A stretch of DNA of 64,000 bases, taken from the NCBI RefSeq assembly GCF_006345805.1, contig NC_042999.1, forward strand, positions 127,658,001 to 127,722,000, given 5' to 3'. This document shows positions 39,540 to 53,086 of this stretch, piece by piece. The notes beneath the pieces are model-generated. The model had not been told where the DNA came from, made no database searches, and saw only the letters and a list, made by a program, of their open reading frames with translations. How positions within the stretch are numbered: the first letter of the stretch is position 1; each line of letters starts with the position of its first letter. The position numbers and the translations under genes are program-made. Origin of the DNA: Octopus sinensis. Its lineage: Eukaryota.

Positions 39540-39761
39540 GACCGATTTGCTGTTCTTTGATTCCTATTTCATTCAACTGGACCCCTATAGCCATTTGATG
39601 TTTTAGAAAATCCTATTTATATTTTTATGATTAAATATTTTTAAAAAATGTTAAAATACTTTGTGCATTGCAGAAGTATAATCATAAACTTTGACCACAA
39701 AATCTTATAGGGACCGCCCCGCCCCCCTAGGGTCATGTAGACCCTGGTTGAGAAACCACTG
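39540..39761. mobile_element. hAT-like MITE remnant (one end only)
   Basis: Ends GGTTGAGAAACCACTG (39746-61), matching the TIR type of 46960-47257. Confidence 0.5.
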
Positions 39762-39774
39762 TTCTAGAGTATTC

Positions 39775-39974
39775 TTTTTCTTGTTTCAGTCATTTGACTG
39801 CGGCCATGCTGGAGCACCGTCTTTAGCTGAACAAATTGATCCCAGGACTTATTCTTTGTAAGCCTAGTGCTTATTCTATCGGATCCTTTTGCCGAACCGC
39901 TAAGTTACGAGGGTGTAAACACACCAACATCGGTTGTCAAGCGATGCGGGGGGGGGACGAACACAGACACACAA

Positions 39975-40037
<63 letters not shown>

Positions 40038-40170
40038 CTGACTTCTTTCAGTTTCCGTCTACCAAATCCACTCACAAGGCTTTGGTCGACCTGAGGCTAG
40101 AGCAGGAAACACTTGTCCAAGGTGTCACACAGTGGGACTGAACCCGGAACCATGTGGTTGGGAAGCAAAT
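39775..40170 (-). mobile_element. SINE family B, well preserved, with internal (TA)n
   Basis: Reverse complement of head (GGGACTGAACCCGGAACCATGTGGTTGGGAAGC) and 3' part (CTTGTTTCAGTCATTTGACTGCGGCCATGCTGG). Confidence 0.85.
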
Positions 40171-40389
40171 ATGAAAGTTGCAATGAACCTGGTCAAGATT
40201 TGAACTCAGAATGGATGAGGAATTAACCAAATATTATATATCCAGTCTGCTACCAATTGATCATTCACCCATCTGTGTGTGTTATCAATATTCAATTTCT
40301 TTAGCTTTTTATTTTATGGGAGAAGGTTCTTATCAATCTCCTTTTTTTCATGCCTGCATGAGTTAGCTGTGTCTTTTTGTGTTCAGTAT

Positions 40390-40740
40390 CTTGCCACTTG
40401 TCCTGATCATCTCCTTCATGATGTTCAATCTGTTCAGATCAGCCTTTGCCACTTCTTTCCTATGTCGTCCTCCATTTTCATTCATGGGTTCCTTCCACTC
40501 GGATTGCTTGACACTTCTTAACCCAGTTGCCATCCACCGTACACATCACATGTCCATACCAGCATGATTTCCGTTGTGCACTACATCTGATTCCTCTGAC
40601 ATCCAATTGTTGCTTCAGCTCGTTGTGTTCTGCTGTTACACTATCAAAGCTTATCCAGCAGAGCATGCTCACGTCATTTCTTTGCAGCTTTTGCATTCAA
40701 TATCTGTTATTTGCTGCAATGCAACATATGCATTTCTCAC
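40390..40740 (-). pseudogene. Decayed RTE C-terminal fragment
   Basis: ORF 40478..40696(-) KLQRNDVSMLCW...WYGHV...WVKKCQAIRVEGT parallels KLARNEASMLRW...WYGHV...CVKKCHTLAVEGT of the RTE at 1061-1465. Confidence 0.8.
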
Positions 40741-43700
40741 ACAGGAAGGCTGTGATAATTAACTACCAGTCAAGTAATGGAGTTGAATACTACCCTCCCA
40801 TAAAATGTGTGACATTGTGCCTATATTCAAAAACTATTGTTATGATCTAACCAAGGTAGTATAAAATGCCTTGTTTGTGTTTAGTGATAGCCCTTTAGAT
40901 TTTGAGTTCAGATCCTTCCGAGACTGACATTTCATCATGCTGGGATCAATAAAATAAGTAGCATTCAAGTCCTGGCGTTGGTATAATTGACTGTTCTCTC
41001 ATACCAAGATTTTTGGCTTTATGCTTATGTAAGGAATTATTATTACTACTATTTGTTTGCAGTAATTTTCATGTGATTTTTTTCACTACACTACCAGGTA
41101 GATTTCATGGTTTCAATCTGTGTTATTATATCAAAGTTGATGTTTTGTTTTACTTTATTGTGAAAGCTCTTATAGCATTGGGAGTTGATTGGGTAAAATA
41201 TAGGGTATATGAGTTGTATTATGTTTGGTATGTGAGTTGTGATTTTTTTTTTCTCAAGGCTGGATTTTCATTAAAAATTTCTATGCCAAAGAATTCTGTC
41301 CTTTCATTTAACATCAAAGACTCAAACATGACATAATGCTGCAGCTGATTCTTATAAAAAAATATTGACGTTACACTTTGCTCCAATTCTCTCCATTCCC
41401 TAACAATGTCTCAATCCTCTCTCAACATAAACATGTTAACTCCAGTAAGAACTTTAATCTTGTTACTGGCAAGGTAATCTTTATAGTGCTAATGCCATGT
41501 GAAAAAGCAGTTGGTGCTAGGAAGGCTACCCATGCCAAAAAGAAAAATCACAATGATGTTTTTAATCAGGTAGTTAACAAGATGAATTTACTCCCAAGCA
41601 TTTGAAATAAAGAAAAAAGGAATGTGTGCAAAATCAATTGGAAGAAGTCTTTAAAATTAAGATAGCAAGCAGAAACAATTACAAAATCATTTTAGGCTTT
41701 AATGCTGAAAATATCTGCGAACCTTTAAAAAAGACACAAATTTATTTTGTGCCTGTATGATTTTGTATTTCTAGCAGATATTTACCGAATGTGTATGCAA
41801 TATCCCCCATCCCCCTGCCATCATCATCATCATTTTAATTATCTATTTTCCAAGCTGGCATGAGTTGGATGTGTCTCAATGCATCTCATTGCTGTCCATG
41901 TCATGTCATTTGGCCGACACCTCCACAAAGCCAGCAATCTTTGTTGCTGCATGCCTCACAGCTTAGGTTGGACATATTTTATCATGCTATCAACACCAAG
42001 CAGTTATCTATGGCTAGACTAAAAAGTTTGTTCTATCTTGTACTAGTTTCCATTCAAAGATACTGCTCTTCTAAATAAATAGCCTCTGGTGTGACTTGCA
42101 GAATCCACCTCTCGTTGCATACATTTTGGGTGTGGTTTTATGACTAGCTGCCCTTCCTAACACCAACTAATTTACTGGGTGCATTTCATCATGCTACTTG
42201 TCAACTATAAAAATATTCTGATAAGTTTTTTTACTGAGTTGCTATTTTACAAGTCCGTGATATGGCTTTGCAGAGTCTATGTACACAGGCATACACATTG
42301 AAAAGTCCTTAATTCTATGATATTCATTTATAAATTCTGTCACATTTCAGAAGGTACTTACTTACCTTCTCCTTTGCTCTCTTGCTTTAAGGTTACTTTT
42401 GCAAACTGTTTTCTTTTAACTTATTCTTCCTCCTTTGTAACTGGCATAAATCACCAAATCCTACTTATTCACTCTTTATATAATCATACTTTTTCAGTTT
42501 TTGTTGCTGTTGTTTAAGTTCAGCTCATCTCTGACAGCTGTTTCTCAATGTGGACAATAACCAAGTAATTTCATTTTGCAAATTTATGGATTAGTAGAAC
42601 CAATAGAGCACCAGACAAAATGCTTTTGCTATCTAGTTAGGACTCTTTGCATTCTGATTTCAAATCCAGCTGAGGTCAGCTTTGCATTTCCTCTATCTTT
42701 TAGTCAATGAAATAAGTACTGGTGTTGGTATAATATTACTATAAAGCATCCTAGTTGTGAATGAAATTATTATGAAAAAAATTCTCGTTATTCATCATTC
42801 ATCCAGTGCTTGGTTACTCTCTTGCACTCTCTAAGCATATCTTATTTTACTGCCCACATTTCATTATTATCTAAAACATTAGTGTATATTATTAAAAGGA
42901 AGTGGTTGGCGTTTACCTCTAATACATACATCAAACTGTCTCATCAGTGAAGTTAGTTTGCAGATGTTCATCTTCCAAACTCTGCAATTATTTGATAATA
43001 TGTTCTTGTCTTGAGCCTAGAAGTAGTGTTTCACACACTGTCATGTTATTTAATAGGCATTTTGATGCTACTGTTTAAGTCACTTTCAGTTATTTTTCAT
43101 ACAGTTCTTTAACTTATCACGGGGCAATTGCTGAAGCTTCTATTGCAATTGAGTTGAGTTACATATTTGATGCAAGTATAATTTTGTAATGTTTTTATAT
43201 AGTCTGTGTACTGAAACTCTAATTCAAAGAAATACTTAAAATAATATTGGAGCAGAATGCACTGAATGAATGTTTAACACTTGTTGCCAATGGGCTGCAA
43301 TAACAGGGGACAAATCAAATGAGCTCTTTGGCTCCAGATTGGCCCTGATCATGCAGACTTATAATTAAAAGCATTCTGTAACATATCTTTTATCCAGACA
43401 CACTGCATGTATCTAGGACTACATTATTCAATATGTCCTTTTTAGAAAGACTGTAGGGTGTAATTTGAGAAAGATTTGGTTGATATTTCTAGCAGGCTTA
43501 GTGAACATGTAGAGGCACATTTGTTAACTTGAGTACATTCTCATACATCTCGTCAGTGATTGGTGATCCCTCTCACACACACATTTTTCTATGGTTAAAC
43601 AACAGCATAGAAGCTTTCTCATTGTCTAAAAAAATTTGTTGTACAGATTGTTGTCTGAATTCTCAGACAGATTGTGAAAGTATTATATAATTCTAGAGTG

Positions 43701-44369
43701 AAAAATCAAGAATTATTTTAAGAATTTACTGTACAAGTTAGAAAGAAAAAGAGAAAGAAAGGAAGAAGCAGATCTCTTTTTTCTTTGTGTATACATGTTT
43801 CTCTAAACACATATGTATTGGGTATTCAATGAGATGTAAACTTAATAGTTGGCAATGAGATGTTTTATCAACTTTCACAGTACTAAATTAAAGACTTCTT
43901 TATTCTTGAAATATTTCAGCTTTTCAGTAATGTGTAATGTATATCATTTTCTTTTTGTGCCTCTGTTACTTACAAGAATGCTATATTTCAAAATTTGGGT
44001 TTTTTTGCTTGTTTGATTTTTTTTTGGGCTTTTTTTTTTTGGTTGGAGGGGTGCAGTTTGTATATATTCTATAGTTGTTACCAAATTGTCATTTCTAATC
44101 TAAATATTTATTTCACTTTTTGTTTAGTTCTACTTCCCCTCAAATGTTTTTTACTTCACCATTTAAACATTTAACGATTGATTCATTTTGATGACAGGAG
44201 ATAGAAGATTTGTTTTGAATTAAAATTTCTACCTCCAAAATGTTTTACAGATATTGGATTCAGGAATTTTCCATTAGATTTTAACCATTATTGATCCAAA
44301 ATATCATCTAAGTGTTTGTTTCATTACTTTAAGTATTTATTATGTCATTTCTTTATATGTAGTTCATTG

Positions 44370-44406
<37 letters not shown>

Positions 44407-44430
44407 TACAGGCGTGGCTTTGTTATAGGT

Positions 44431-44785
44431 ATAGGCTGTGTGGTAAGAAGCTTCCTTCCCAACCACATGGTTCTAGGTTCAGTCCAACTGTGTGGCACCT
44501 TGGGAAAGTATCTTCAACTATAGCACCAGGCTGGCCAAAGTCTTGTAAGTGGATGTGTGTGCATGTGTCTTTGTGTCTGTGTTTATCCCCCACCACTATT
44601 TGACATCTGGTCTTGGTGAGTTTATGTCCCCATAGCTTAGCAGTTCAGAAAAAAGAGATCAATAGAATAAGTATCAGACTTTAAAAAAAATAAAGGTACT
44701 GAGTCAATTCAATCAACTAAAAATTTTTCAAGGCGGTGCCCCGGCATGACACAGTCTAATGACTGAAACAAGTAAAAGATAAAAT
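44431..44785 (+). mobile_element. SINE family B, near full length
   Basis: GGCTGTGTGGTAAGAAGCTTCCTTCCCAACCACATGGTTCTAGGTTCAGTCC head through ATGACTGAAACAAGTAAAAGAT tail. Further copies at ~45140-45412(-), ~48170-48310(-), ~52219-52505(+), ~55200-55325(-). Confidence 0.8.
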
Positions 44786-46071
44786 ATATATGACACTTCC
44801 ATGGAAACATGTCCAGCCATGAGGAAATATTATCTTGCTTGGGAATAGGTAGCAGTTGGTGACTGGAAGGGCACCTGGCTATAGAAAAACTGCCTCAGCA
44901 AATTCCATTTGATCCATAGATAATGATGTCAGTGACAGTGATGGTACTGTGGTTATGAAGATTGCTTTCCAACTGCATAGTTTCGATTTCAATTCCACTG
45001 TGTAGCCCCCTGGTCAAGTGCCTTCTTGTAAGTAGATTTGTTTGACAAAAACTGAAACAAGACTGTCGTGTGTGCGTGTATCTTTTTATCTTGTTTTATT
45101 AGGGTGAAGTCATGTTGAGACACTGTCTAGAAGATTTTTTTTTTTTTTTTGAATGAATTGACCCCAGTACTATTTTTTTTAAGCCTGATGTTTTTCTGTC
45201 AGTCTCTTTTGCTGAATCACTAAGTTACAGGGATGACAAACACCAACACAGAGATACAAACACATAAATATATATACATATCGATACATATACATTTGAT
45301 GGGCTTCTTTCAGTTTCTGTCTACCACATCCACTCACAAGGCTTTTTGTCAGCTCAAGGCTGTAGTAGAAGACACTTGGCCAAAGTGTCTCGCAGTGGGA
45401 CTGAACTCACTTTTCCAAAGTGGACATACTAAATAATTTAGTTCTAGATAAAAGCAGTGTCTGAATAAAGATATGCCAGAGTGCTTTTCATTATAAGTCT
45501 ACTTGATCAGGACCAGTTTTTTTTATCCATTCTGCAGTTTATAGATCCATTTCAACCAAGAGAGTTCTGGGTTTTCTGACGAGCACCAGAATTGTTTTTT
45601 TTTTTTTTGTTTTTTTTTTTTTTGTTTTTTTTTTAGTCTCCTGTGTGAAACCTATTGATAAAATCAGCTGAAATGGATCTATAAAACTGCATTGTATAAA
45701 CATTAACATATATTCATATGCCTCATCATCATATTCATTTTTTTCCATGTTTACATCAAGCAGAATTCATTGAAGCAGATTTTCTACATCCAGGTGCCTT
45801 TCCAAGCAAGGCAGCATTTCCTCCATGGCCAGACATGTTTTTTTTTTCACAAAAGAGTGGAAATGATTGATGTTCATTCACAACCATCATGTAGTGCATA
45901 TAACACCATTACACACACACAAATACATATAGACATACACGTATACATATAGCTTAATAGTTGTGTGTGTGTGTGTGAGTATATGTGCGCGTGTGTGTGT
46001 ATATGTGTGTGTGTGTATTTATATATATAGCTTTATGTTGAAATATAAAGTTAGCTTTGTTGTCTGGTCTC

Positions 46072-46120
<49 letters not shown>

Positions 46121-46427
46121 GTCATCAAATTTCATCAGCACAGACTGTTATTGCCTTAAGTCACGTTGAGTGGAGTGGGTAGGCTGGTGGGGAGGACTTA
46201 ATTTAATATATCAGAAATAGACTGTGAGATATGCTTGTCTTAGCATTTCTTCAATTCGTTATGTAAAAACAAACAAACGAAAAATTTGAATTAAGATTGT
46301 TGTGTATAATAAGTATATGGTCATAGAGTTCATTGATGTCTGGATTATTACTGCTGTCTGGCAATATAGATAGCATACTTGATAAAAGTCTTGAAAATAT
46401 TTTGATAAGTTCTCCTGACACTCATGT

Positions 46428-46492
<65 letters not shown>

Positions 46493-46959
46493 ACTAATCC
46501 CTGTCATGAACATATCTAATTTATGTACTTTTCATCTATTATGAAGTTAATAAGTTTTAGATTAAACCAAATTTAGCATTCATTCAAATACAGTTTTAGC
46601 TCTGTGTCTGACTTATATAACTTAGTAAAATACGTGGCCCTTTGTTTAAGCTGTAAGTATTTGATAAACTATAAATAGGTCCAGGCATGGTTGTGTAACT
46701 TTTTTTAACAGCTTGCAACCATGTGGTTTTCAGGTTCAAGTTACAACTGCATGACAACATCTTGGGCAAGTGTCTTCTACTAAAGCCCAGACCAATCAAT
46801 GTCTTGTAAGTGAATTTGGTAGACAGTAACTATGTGGAAGCCCATTGTGTGTGTGTGTGTGTGTTTATGCTTGTTTTAAAACCCTCTGTCTCTTGATAAC
46901 CAGTAGAATAAGTACTAGACTTGAAAAATAAGTTCTGGAATCAATTTGTTCAATTAAAT

Positions 46960-47257
46960 CAGTGGTTCTCAACCTGTGGCTGGGGACCATGCAAGCAAAA
47001 TGGTAAATTGGTTGCCCACAGTAGTATTTTTAAGGGTCAATGAAAACATTTTGTATTTATTGTAAGAAAACACAGAGATTTCTTTGTTTGATGTTTTACA
47101 TAGTTCAACCTACGCAAGTTCATGTGTAAACAGCAAGATAGGAATTTTGAAAGTACCGCTAAAACTAGTTTTTTAACATAGAATGGCTAAGGGGGCCCAC
47201 CAGGGTAAAATAATAATGAAAGGGGTCCATTGGTAAAAAAGCAGTTGAGTACCACTA
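46960..47257. mobile_element. hAT-like MITE (298 bp) inserted in a family B SINE
   Basis: TIRs CAGTGGTTCTCAACC / AGTTGAGTACCACTA (12/15) and 8-bp TSD AATTAAAT / AATTAAAC (7/8). SINE sequence resumes on both sides. Confidence 0.8.
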
Positions 47258-48133
47258 AATTAAACCCTTCAAGATGAAAAAATAAACAATCAATGCCTAC
47301 AGTATAATAGTTCTGAATTTACAAACTTCTAAGTTTTTGCTTATAAATTATTATTACTATTTTAAAGTCTGTTCTATTCTCTTATAATAATTGGAAATGT
47401 ATCTGTGTTTACATAGGACATTAAGTCTATAAACCATATCTTCATTATAAACTTATCCATTTAAGTTCCACATTCAAATCCCACTGCAGCTCACATCTAT
47501 TTCATCTTTTTTTAATCAGTAAAATAAAAATGCATCAATATACTGCAAACCCACGGTATTGACTATAGCTTCTCATTTATGAATTTGAATTATAGTACCA
47601 ATTTGAGGGATTATCAAGAGCATAATGTAACGTATGCTAAAAATGGTAGAATACTGAATCTGGTATTCTACCATTTTTTAGCATGCCTTTCTTTTGAGAT
47701 TCTATAAATTATGTATTAGTTATATACTGCTGTCAGTTTAGCCAAATATAAATTTCCAGCCTTGATTTCCTTCAATTACATAAACTGGGAAATAAATGCA
47801 GTGTATTCTTTGGTTTGGTAACAAAATCTACAGTTGTAATTACTATTATATACTGCTATATATCTTTATATATGGCTTGTTCTATGCCTGGTTTTCCATA
47901 CTTGAATTAATTGGCTGGACATGTTGAGGTGTTGTGTTTATAGCTGGATGCCTTTCTTGAGGCAAATCTGTTTTCCACATAAGAGATGTCATTTTTTATG
48001 GCTTCAAAGGCATGAAATGACCAAATGATTTGTTAACAGGAGAAACTGATGACACCTACCACCAAACTTTAGTACAAAGCAAATGCAGATGTAAACACAT
48101 TCATGTTCATACTTGCATACGCACACACACACA

Positions 48134-48164
<31 letters not shown>

Positions 48165-48769
48165 TGGTCTTTTAATTTCATAACTAATCTACTCAAAAAG
48201 CTTTGGTCAGGCCAAGACTATAGAATACAGCCTAAAATGCTGAATGGTGGGACTGAACTCAAAACCACATGTTTGGGAAGCTAACTTTTGAATCACACAA
48301 CTATGTGTGTGTGTGTGTGTGTGTGCATGGTAGCTTATATAATTAGCATTTAATTGCTGAGAATTAAGTCTTCAGGTTATTTGGGAATATGAACTTATAT
48401 ATTGTGGGAATCAGACTTACTGGAACTGACCCTTGTCTTGTTAAAGTCAGCACAGTTTAAGACAAATTACAGTGTCAGCTATTACGCAAATGTTAGGATT
48501 GCTCTCTTCACTTCCTCTGGAACATGTCCGATCTGGATTCTTGCCAAAAGAAATTTGGTTGGGATATATTCTCACAGAAATACAGTGAAAACTTTATCCA
48601 TGTTTATTTATTTGTTTATTTAAATAGCAATTCGGGAAGTTTTCCTTTTCTCTTTATTTTTGTTAATAACTTTCATTATAATGTCATTGTGATGGAACAT
48701 AGTTAAAAGACAGTTGGTCATTTACTACTTGTTACAATATTAGTAATATAGTTTGGTGATGATGATGAT

Positions 48770-48977
48770 TTTAAATTTTGGCACAAGGCCAGCAAGTTCA
48801 AGGGAGTGAGTAATTTGATAACATCAACTCTAGTGCTCAGCTGGTACTTATTTTATCAATTGTGGGAGGATGAAAGGCAAAATCAACCTCAGCAGAATTT
48901 GAACTCGGAACATAAAGACAGGTGAAATGCTGCTAAGCATCTTGCCCAGTATGCTAACGATTCTGCCAGCTCACTCT
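48770..48977 (-). mobile_element. SINE family A, full length
   Basis: Reverse complement of the whole consensus, including ATTTGAACTCGG (B-box) and CGATTCTGCCAGCTC (head). Confidence 0.85.
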
Positions 48978-50584
48978 TTTACTCTTTTACTTGTTTCAGT
49001 CATTTGTCTGTGGCCATGCTGGAGCACTGCCTTTTTAGTCAAGCAAATCGACCCCAGGACTTATTCTTTATAAGCCTAGTACTTCAGCAGAGTCTGTTCT
49101 GTTTTAAGCATTTGGCTCAAGTCTCTGGTTTGACAATGCCTTCATCCCACCCTGCTTCATTACTTTCCCTTCCATTAGCCTTGGAGGTCTTTTGAAATAT
49201 TAATGGCACTGCTTTTTCTCTTGACTAAAAAAAAGGTAAATAAAAATACCAAAATATCACAAGGTTCCATGCCTAAGTAAGAAAGGAATACAAGTAATTT
49301 TATAAGTAATCAAATAGCCTGGGTTTATATGACGGTCTATGGTATTGTGACAATACTTGGTATGTTGTTTGGGTGTGTTTGTTGATAGTTATTATTGATA
49401 TGGTGTATTATATTACTTGCTAAATTTGTGTGTGTGTGTGTGTGTATATGTTTCTATGCTGTAGAGATCAGATTTCCTTATTTTCAACAAATGTAAATTT
49501 AGCTGGCTTCAAAATATTGAATCTTGTTCACCACCACCATCGTCTTCACTGCCATCGTCTCCTTCTCCATCTTTCACGATAGGTTAAATTTTCAAATCAT
49601 ATTTACTGACATTTGCTAACCATTAACTTCCATATTGCTATTTTAGCTGTCAATTCAGCAAATTGCTCTGGGTTTTTTTCCCATGATTCACAAATTACAA
49701 ATCATTTTGTTTGTTGTTTGTTTTAGCATAAACTGGAGTACCTGATACGTAGCAGGATGAAGTAGAAACTTTAAACTTTTGGTTATCAAAAGTCACTGAC
49801 CTGTGGAAGATTTGTTGGATGTGAATGGTATATATATCATCATCATCATCATCATCATTGTTTAACGTCGGCTTTCCATGCTAGCATGGGTATATATATA
49901 TATATATATGTGTGTGTGTGAGAAAATGAGAGAGACAGACAACACTGAATTGTAAATGTGTAATACAATGCTAAATTCGATTGACTTATTCTTAAAATAT
50001 TCCTTTAAAGAAGTGATGTTTATTGGTGTTTACTATTTTCGGCCTTCTTTGTTATTTACTGGTCTTTTTTTTTTTCCATTAAATCTAAAGTAGTTTTTAT
50101 TTTATGAAGCCATAATGCCATCCTTGCAAATCTAATTGATGTTTTTCTCTGATATCACTGGAAAGGTTATTGAAATTTATTTAAGCTGTTCTGAAACTTG
50201 ATTTAATATCCGTGCAGCATTAATCCCTACTTTCTCTCCTAAAGCATCTCTTTACTCTTTTTGTGAAATATTCAGAGGATTTTTTCTTTTTTTTTTTCTT
50301 CTTTTTTTTTTAGATTAATTTGTATATCTCTTTAGTGGGTTTTGTTGAGTATTTGGATAATTTTAAATGTTATTTTCTAAATCTCTAGTCTCATCCTCTT
50401 CTGGTATTGATCTAGATATAATGCACTGTGAACCATAAACTATTGCTCAGTAATGCCATTTAACTGATTTCTCCTTCACTTCTTTTTCTCATGTCAAGGA
50501 TCAGATTACTGACTGGAATGCAATGGATTCATAACATACAGAATATTTCATTTAAACTCAACAAACCATTATTGAAATCTTCGT

Positions 50585-50803
50585 TTTTGTATCTGGTTTG
50601 CAAGATTCTTTATGTGAATTTGCATGCTGAAGCAAATTTTGTTTTGCCTGGGGAGAGTTATACTGTCTTAATGCCTTAACACACTGGTTCAATTTTCACT
50701 CATTATTTATATATTTATTTATTTTCAAATATGAATAATAAATGAATGGAAATTGAATCAGTGAGTATGTTAAATAATAAGGCAGTAGTTCTCTTCCCAG
50801 ACA
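50585..50803. mobile_element. Degenerate fold-back element, same family as 62890-63159
   Basis: GGTTTGCAAGATTCTTTAT..GAAGCA..CTGGGGAGAGT is shared with 62910-62975. Arms 50645-50704 and 50741-50803 are imperfect reverse complements. Confidence 0.65.
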
Positions 50804-52587
50804 CCACATTATTGAAATGTTTTGATGTTTAGTCTAGTAATTCTCAAATTGACAAATTCCAGGCATCCCAACCAAAATTGTAGGGAAATTTTTTCCCCCT
50901 CTCTAACTTCATCTTTTTGTTGATGAGAGGTAAAATAGAAATTACATCCTTATATTTATTCTTTGTCCAGTATGGTGCTGGACAAATTGTGATTTATTGA
51001 GCTGTGTCTTGCTCCTGTAGTAATAGATTATGTATTTAAATAAAACAAATAACTATTGGCAATTGAGTCATTTTATCATGTTGTTATTTATGTAACACAA
51101 ATTCACTGTTGAAACAGTTGGATGTAGATAAGATTACCCCTTCCCTTTGACCTTAGCAACCCAGTAAAGGCTTATCTGCATATAAGTGCATATATGCCAT
51201 TATGTATGCACTATTTATTAATGGACACAGAATATACTAGCAGTACTTTGAGCTAATGTTGTAATTGTCATAGCCTTTTTAGACTGTGGAGATAATTAGT
51301 TGAAATAAATCAGGTGAATGTTTAATGAGAATTGTTGTAAGCTGCTGCTCACTATGAAATAGTAGGCAAAAGTGTACTTTTAGAGAGATGAGGTTCTAGA
51401 GGGTAATAATAGGTCAAAGAGTTTAGTAACGCCTCTAAGTGATGAAGTTAAAAGACAGTAAGAATAGAGGGAAAGAGGAAAGATATGTTCTGGTTTCAAA
51501 TCCTGCTGATGTCACCTTTGCCTTTTATCCTCTCTGGGTTAATAAATAAAGTACCAGTCTAAGATAGTAGACTGGTAGAACCATTACAGAATCAGATGAA
51601 TACCTTGCAGTATTTGTTCCAGCTCCATGCATTCATCATCATCATCATTTAACATCTGCCTTCCATGCTGGCATGGGTTGGACGGTTTGACAGGAGCCTC
51701 CACCAGATTTCTGTGTCTCTTTTGGCATGGTTTTTATGGCTGGGTGCCCTTCCTAACACCAACAACCCAGCATTCTAAGTTCAAATCCTGCCATTGCCTT
51801 GTTTCACACCATTACCTGGTCCTTAGGTTCCTTTTGTGGAGTTTACTCTGTAGCAAATATTCAGGCCATGTTTGTGGCTTGAGGATACCTTTCTCCTGAA
51901 TTAGTACTAAGATAATGTATATATGTATATAACCAGTAAATTTAAATTGAAGTCCATTGTAATAGCCAGTGCCATCGTAAGATATAGACACACTGGGTTG
52001 TTACCTGGATCTCACATGTCTGGAGGGGTTCAGTCCTAATCTACGCACACTTTTGAATACATGTTGATTACATATGTAGGGGTCCCAGTGCATTACTTTG
52101 CCCAAGGGCCTAGAAAGCTATTAAGACAATTCTGGTAGTTGCAGCTACAAATTAAGCAAACAGGACAGGCTTGCCATAACTAACAAATAATGGGTGACTG
52201 AAGGGTTTATATATGCATGCACAGGCATAGTCGTGTGGTAAGAAGCTTGCTTCCCAACGACATGGTTTCGGATTCAATCCCATTGTGTGGCACCTTGGGC
52301 AAGTGTCTTCTACTTATAGCCTCAGGCCAGCCGAAGCCTTGTGAGTGGATTTGGTACACAGAAACGAAAAGCAGCCCATCATGTATGTGTGTGTCTCTTT
52401 ATGTCTGTGTTTGTCCACCCCAACACATCACCACTTGACAACCACTGATGGTGTGTGTACATTATTGTAACAGAGCGGTTCAGCAAAAAGACTGCTAGAA
52501 AAAATACCAGATTTAAAAATCATATATATATTATATATATATATATGTGTATGTATGTGTGTGTATATACATATATATATATATATG

Positions 52588-52640
<53 letters not shown>

Positions 52641-52695
52641 ATGTATGTGTGTATATGTATATGTGTATGTGTGTGTGTGTATATATATATATATA

Positions 52696-53071
52696 AGAAA
52701 TTCTGTTCTTGATTCGACGGTCATTCGGAATGCTCACAGCAACCATATTCCTACCACTCTATGTCACGCTGGTGAGACCCATATTGGAGTACGGGATTCA
52801 AGCCTCTTCTCCTTATCTCCTCAAAGACATACAGCATCTCGAAAGAGTCCAGAAGCTGGCTACCCGCATGGTTCATGGTCTCAAAAATTTGTCCTACGAA
52901 GAAAGGCTGAGGACGCTCGACCTTTATTCTATTCGACGACCGCTTTGTTCAAAGCCTCCCTTGACCTCAAGTGGCCTGAACTCTTTACATGAACACCACC
53001 CTGTACTTAACTCCATGTCCCCCTACATGGCCTTGCTATTTGCTTTTGAGCCAAATTAACTAACTAACTAA
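52696..53071 (+). mobile_element. 5'-truncated CR1-clade LINE fragment with (TAAC)n tail
   Basis: [58 protein letters not shown] is the CR1 ORF2 C-terminal signature. Tail at 53057-71; flanked by (TA)n. Confidence 0.85.
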
Positions 53072-53086
53072 TATATATATATATAT

